Assembly: GCA_963836075.1 (NCBI GenBank)
Contig: CAWIIB010000009.1
Location: forward strand, 32,001-96,000
Direction: 5' to 3'
DNA length: 64,000 nt
Source: an uncultured Acidobacteriota bacterium
Lineage (GTDB): Bacteria > Acidobacteriota > JAQAZP01
Under the pieces are notes generated by a model. The model was not told the origin of the DNA and did no database searches. It saw only the letters and a list, made by a program, of their open reading frames with translations. The first letter of the stretch is position 1; the number at the start of each line of letters is the position of its first letter. Position numbers and translations under genes: made by a program. Shown in pieces: positions 60,414-64,000 of this stretch.

Positions 60414-62710
60414 TCCCGCTGGACCGCACCGCACACTGCGACGAACGGATCACCGGCGGCAAGGCGGCCAAGCTGGCCCGGCTGGCCGGTGCGGGGTTCA
60501 CCGTGCCCGCCGGGTTCGTGCTCACCACGGCGGCCTACCAGGCGTTTATCGATCAGGCGAAAATCACCACAGCCATCCGCATGGAACTGGGCCGCAAGCC
60601 GATGGACGAGATGCGCTGGGAGGAGATCTGGGACACCGCGCTGCGCATCCGCTCCCTCTTTCTCTCCCACGCTCTGCCCGGCCACCTGCTCGAGATCATC
60701 GCCGACGGGATGACCCGCTTCGATAAGGGCGCCGCGCTGGCCGTCCGCTCTTCGGCGGTGGGCGAGGACTCCGCCGGCCGCAGTTTCGCCGGCCTTCACG
60801 AATCGATCATCGGCGTCCGCGGCCCGCAGGCAGTGGCGGATGCGGTGCGGCTGGTCTGGGCATCGCTCTGGTCAGACGCGGCCCTGCTCTACCGCAAGGA
60901 ACTGGGGCTCGACCCGCTGCACAGCCGCATGGCGGTGCTGGTACAGGAGATGGTGGACCGCGACCGTTCCGGGGTGGCTTTTGCCCGGGACCCGCGGGAC
61001 ACCAGCAGGGAGCTGGCGATCATCGAATCAGTGCCCGGGACCTGCAGCCTGCTGGTGGACGGCGCAGTGGACCCCGACCGCTGGGAGATCGACCGCGACT
61101 CGCGAACCGTCATCACCTGGCTGCCGGGAGCGCGTGAGGACGGCACGGACGGCGAACCGCTGCTGCAGCCCCGCGACCTCAACACCATCCTCGACACCCT
61201 GCTGTCGGTGGAGGCGCTGTTCGAATGGGCGCCGGACATGGAGTGGACCGGACGGAGCGGTTCGCTCACCGTGCTCCAGGCCCGGCCGATCACCACCGTC
61301 GCCCGCAAAACGGAGGACAAGCGGGACTGGTATCTCACCCTGCGGCCCGGTGACGCCCGCCTGCGGGACCTGCGGCAGCGGGTGGCCGGCCGCCTGATCC
61401 CGCAGCTGGAGGAAGAAGCCCGGGTATTGGCCGAAGAGGACCTGGCCGGGCTGGACGACCGGCAGCTGGCCGACACCATCGACCGGCGGAGCCGGGCCCT
61501 GGCGCGCTGGAAGAAGATCTACCTGGACGAGTTCATCCCCTTTGCCCACGGGGTCCGCAGGCTGGCCACCTATTACAACGATGCCGTCCGGCCGGAAGAC
61601 CCCTATGAGTTCGTCGGCCTGCTCCGGGACCAGCCGTTGCTGGCCGCCCGGCGCAACCGGGCCATAGACGATTTGGCCCGGCAGCTGGCGGCGGACAGCG
61701 CCCTGCACCGGGCAGTGGAAGACCTGCTCGCCGCGCATGCCGGGTCACTGAACTGGACGGCGTGCCGCCGCGAACTGGCCGGCCGGTCAGCCGGGGCACG
61801 GGAATTCGTCCGCGGCTTCGAAGAGCTCAACGAGCGTCACCTCGACATCACCTACGACCGGGAACGGCTGGGCGACCGGCCCGAACCGCTGCTGCGGATC
61901 ATCGCCGAACTGTCGAAGCGGCCACCCCCGCCGGCCGGCAGTCAACTGGTCGGCGTATCTGTGGCCGACCTGGAACAGCGACTGCTGGAGGCCGTCGGAC
62001 CGCAGTGCCGCGACGAGGCAACCGGGATCATGGAGACCGGCCGGGTGAGCTGGAAACTGCGCGACGACGATAACCTGCTGGTGGCCCGGCTGGAGAGCCA
62101 GCTGCTGCGCGCCCTGGGCCTGGGTGCGGAGCGGCTCCGCGGCTCGGGAAGGCTGACCGGCGATGGCCGGGTCACCGGCGATCACGCGCTTCAGCTTGCC
62201 GAGGCGCTGCGTGAACCGCCGGCAGAGCCGATGGTCATCGAGGAGGAGATGCCGGCAGCGGACCCCGGCCGCTCAGCGCACACTCCGGGTGAAACACCCC
62301 GGCAACTGATCGGCCAGCCGGCCTCGCCGGGGGTGGCCAGCGGCCTCGTCCGCTGCATCCGCGGACGGGAGGACCTCGGGGCTTTCCGGCAGGGCGAAGT
62401 CCTGGTCTGCGACGCCATTCAACCCACCATGACCCACCTGGTAATGCTGGCCGGCGCCATCGTCGAGCGCCGTGGCGGCATGCTGATCCACGGCGCCATC
62501 ATCGCCCGCGAACTGGGTATCCCCTGCGTCAACGGGGTGCGCCAGGCTGCGGAGATCCTCAGCAACGGCGACCTGGTCACCGTGGACGGCCACCTGGGTA
62601 TCGTCACCGTGGGCGAGCCGGTGTTCGACCTGGAGCTGGGGCAGGACCGTCCGCTTGACGATAGACGTCTTGCCGGTGGTCACGGTGACCAGCCCGGGGG
62701 CCCCTTGTGA
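60389..62710 (+). CDS. PEP-synthase/rifampin-phosphotransferase-like dikinase
   Basis: GGKA..L, VRSSAVGED..SFAG, VQEMV, LQARPIT ATP-grasp domain. C-terminal swivel domain GGMLIHGAIIARELGIPCV. Confidence 0.85.
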   Translation: MGSRPPFLIPLDRTAHCDERITGGKAAKLARLAGAGFTVPAGFVLTTAAYQAFIDQAKITTAIRMELGRKPMDEMRWEEIWDTALRIRSLFLSHALPGHLLEIIADGMTRFDKGAALAVRSSAVGEDSAGRSFAGLHESIIGVRGPQAVADAVRLVWASLWSDAALLYRKELGLDPLHSRMAVLVQEMVDRDRSGVAFARDPRDTSRELAIIESVPGTCSLLVDGAVDPDRWEIDRDSRTVITWLPGAREDGTDGEPLLQPRDLNTILDTLLSVEALFEWAPDMEWTGRSGSLTVLQARPITTVARKTEDKRDWYLTLRPGDARLRDLRQRVAGRLIPQLEEEARVLAEEDLAGLDDRQLADTIDRRSRALARWKKIYLDEFIPFAHGVRRLATYYNDAVRPEDPYEFVGLLRDQPLLAARRNRAIDDLARQLAADSALHRAVEDLLAAHAGSLNWTACRRELAGRSAGAREFVRGFEELNERHLDITYDRERLGDRPEPLLRIIAELSKRPPPPAGSQLVGVSVADLEQRLLEAVGPQCRDEATGIMETGRVSWKLRDDDNLLVARLESQLLRALGLGAERLRGSGRLTGDGRVTGDHALQLAEALREPPAEPMVIEEEMPAADPGRSAHTPGETPRQLIGQPASPGVASGLVRCIRGREDLGAFRQGEVLVCDAIQPTMTHLVMLAGAIVERRGGMLIHGAIIARELGIPCVNGVRQAAEILSNGDLVTVDGHLGIVTVGEPVFDLELGQDRPLDDRRLAGGHGDQPGGPL

Positions 62711-62797
62711 ATGCCGACCTTGACGACCCCCACGCCACCACCCGCCGCGGAACCCCGCGGCGCAGGCACTAATCGAACGTGCGGCTGGCACGGTCGG

Positions 62798-63151
62798 TCA
62801 GCGGGCCGCCTGAGCCATTCGCCGCCGGCGGTTGAACCAGGCTGCGGCGATTCCCAACACCCAGAGCGGGGCGGACAGGGTGACCACGGACAGGGCGTGC
62901 TTGTCCAGCAGCCCGGACGGCGTGGGCAGCAGGCCCAGCCGGAACTCGTCCCGGGTCTCGGTGCGGGTCACCGTCCCGCCATCGTAGAACCCGGCCGCGG
63001 CCAGCGGGTCGTCGGCCGCCGGAGGCGCCTCCACCTGCTCCACCACGGAAAACTTCGTGTAGTAATCGCCGCCGGTGGCCTGCCAGGTGACCAGGGCGGC
63101 CACCGTGACCACCGCGGCGAGGATGAATATCGATCTGCTGATGGTCTTCAT
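62798..63151 (-). CDS. Small hypothetical membrane protein
   Basis: GGGGAG RBS, two hydrophobic segments, follows the YceI gene. Confidence 0.6.
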   Translation of the reverse strand: MKTISRSIFILAAVVTVAALVTWQATGGDYYTKFSVVEQVEAPPAADDPLAAAGFYDGGTVTRTETRDEFRLGLLPTPSGLLDKHALSVVTLSAPLWVLGIAAAWFNRRRRMAQAAR

Positions 63152-63214
63152 GGTCTGCTCCCCGAGGCAGCGGCCGGCGGCGGCCCGGACGGCCGCGGCG
63201 CCGGCCTTCGCCTT

Positions 63215-63889
63215 TCACTTCGCAGGAGCGGAAGAGGCCACCACCGAAAATTCGACGGTCACCGCTTCACCGACCTTGCTGCCGATGATATCCATGCCGG
63301 GCGGTCCGCTGATTCCGAAATCGGCCAGCTTGACGTCGAAGGTCGCCCGGGCGGCAAGCAGATCGCCGGGCTGGCGCTGTTTCGTCGACTCGCTCTCCTT
63401 GAGCCAGGTGATGCGGGCCGGAACGCTCATCCGCTTGGTTTTGCCCTTGATGCTGAAATCACCCACCGCCACGACGTCGAAGGTTTTCGCCTCGTCGGTG
63501 ACCTTAACCGCCTTGACATCCCTCACCTCGCTGAAGGTGAAAGTGATTTTCGGGCTTCCTTCGGCATCAAGCCAGGCGGCGCCGGCCAGGTGCTCGTCGC
63601 GCAGGGGGATACCGGTGTTGAGGCTGGCCACCGGGACGCTGAGCGTGCCGCTGCCTCCGGCTTCAGGCTTCGCCGGGTCGAAGTGAAGCGTTCCGCTCAC
63701 CTGGTTTGAGGTGCCAACGATGTCCTCCAGCGGGGCAACGCTCTTGAAGGTGACCGTATTGCGGCCCGTGGGGTCGTCAACGGTGAAGGCGGTTCCAGTC
63801 TTTTCCTGGGCCAGGGCGCTCAAGGGCAGGCACAGCACCAGGGCCAGGGTCAGCGTCGCGCACCCGATTGCTTTCATGTTTCCGATCAT
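63215..63889 (-). CDS. YceI family lipid/isoprenoid-binding periplasmic protein
   Basis: Signal peptide, F.S.APLE.IVG, SLNTGIPLRDEHL, GDFSIKGKTK, DFGI. Confidence 0.88.
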   Translation of the reverse strand: MIGNMKAIGCATLTLALVLCLPLSALAQEKTGTAFTVDDPTGRNTVTFKSVAPLEDIVGTSNQVSGTLHFDPAKPEAGGSGTLSVPVASLNTGIPLRDEHLAGAAWLDAEGSPKITFTFSEVRDVKAVKVTDEAKTFDVVAVGDFSIKGKTKRMSVPARITWLKESESTKQRQPGDLLAARATFDVKLADFGISGPPGMDIIGSKVGEAVTVEFSVVASSAPAK

Positions 63890-64000
63890 AACGTTTCTCC
63901 TTCCATATTGATCTTCGTTTGCGTTCCAATAAAGCCGCCCGGTAATCCATCGTGGCGACAAATCTGCACATAGCTGTACAGTATTAAGACTATTCTAACG

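Overview
GC-rich bacterial chromosomal window. The RpoD N-terminus, an Acidobacterial-type VWA protein and FG-GAP-tailed secreted proteins suggest Acidobacteriota or a similar anaerobe (inference). It opens with core genes (mutS2-dnaG-rpoD-tRNA-Ile2(CAT)-zinc-ribbon protein). It continues with a low-GC Rrf2/SDR islet beside a degenerate attC-like site, a DUF5752-treT-otsB-otsA trehalose operon, larB, Wzm plus a Wzt fused to a heptose-1-phosphate adenylyltransferase-like domain, an MMPL-cNMP fusion, several transporters and peptidases, and an ECF sigma/Ser-Thr kinase-WD40 pair. The strongest unusual signals are (1) a five-gene ferrosome-like (fez) operon around a P1B-6 ATPase (DYSCG/HNxxT motifs), preceded by a perfect DtxR-box-like palindrome (46.8-51.4 kb), and (2) a peroxiredoxin with an in-frame TGA at the peroxidatic Cys followed by a SECIS-like hairpin, i.e. 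a selenoprotein missed by the ORF track (58427-59050). Several genes carry small frameshifts, often at short homopolymers, which look like sequencing or consensus errors. No CRISPR array, rRNA, transposase or integrase was seen.
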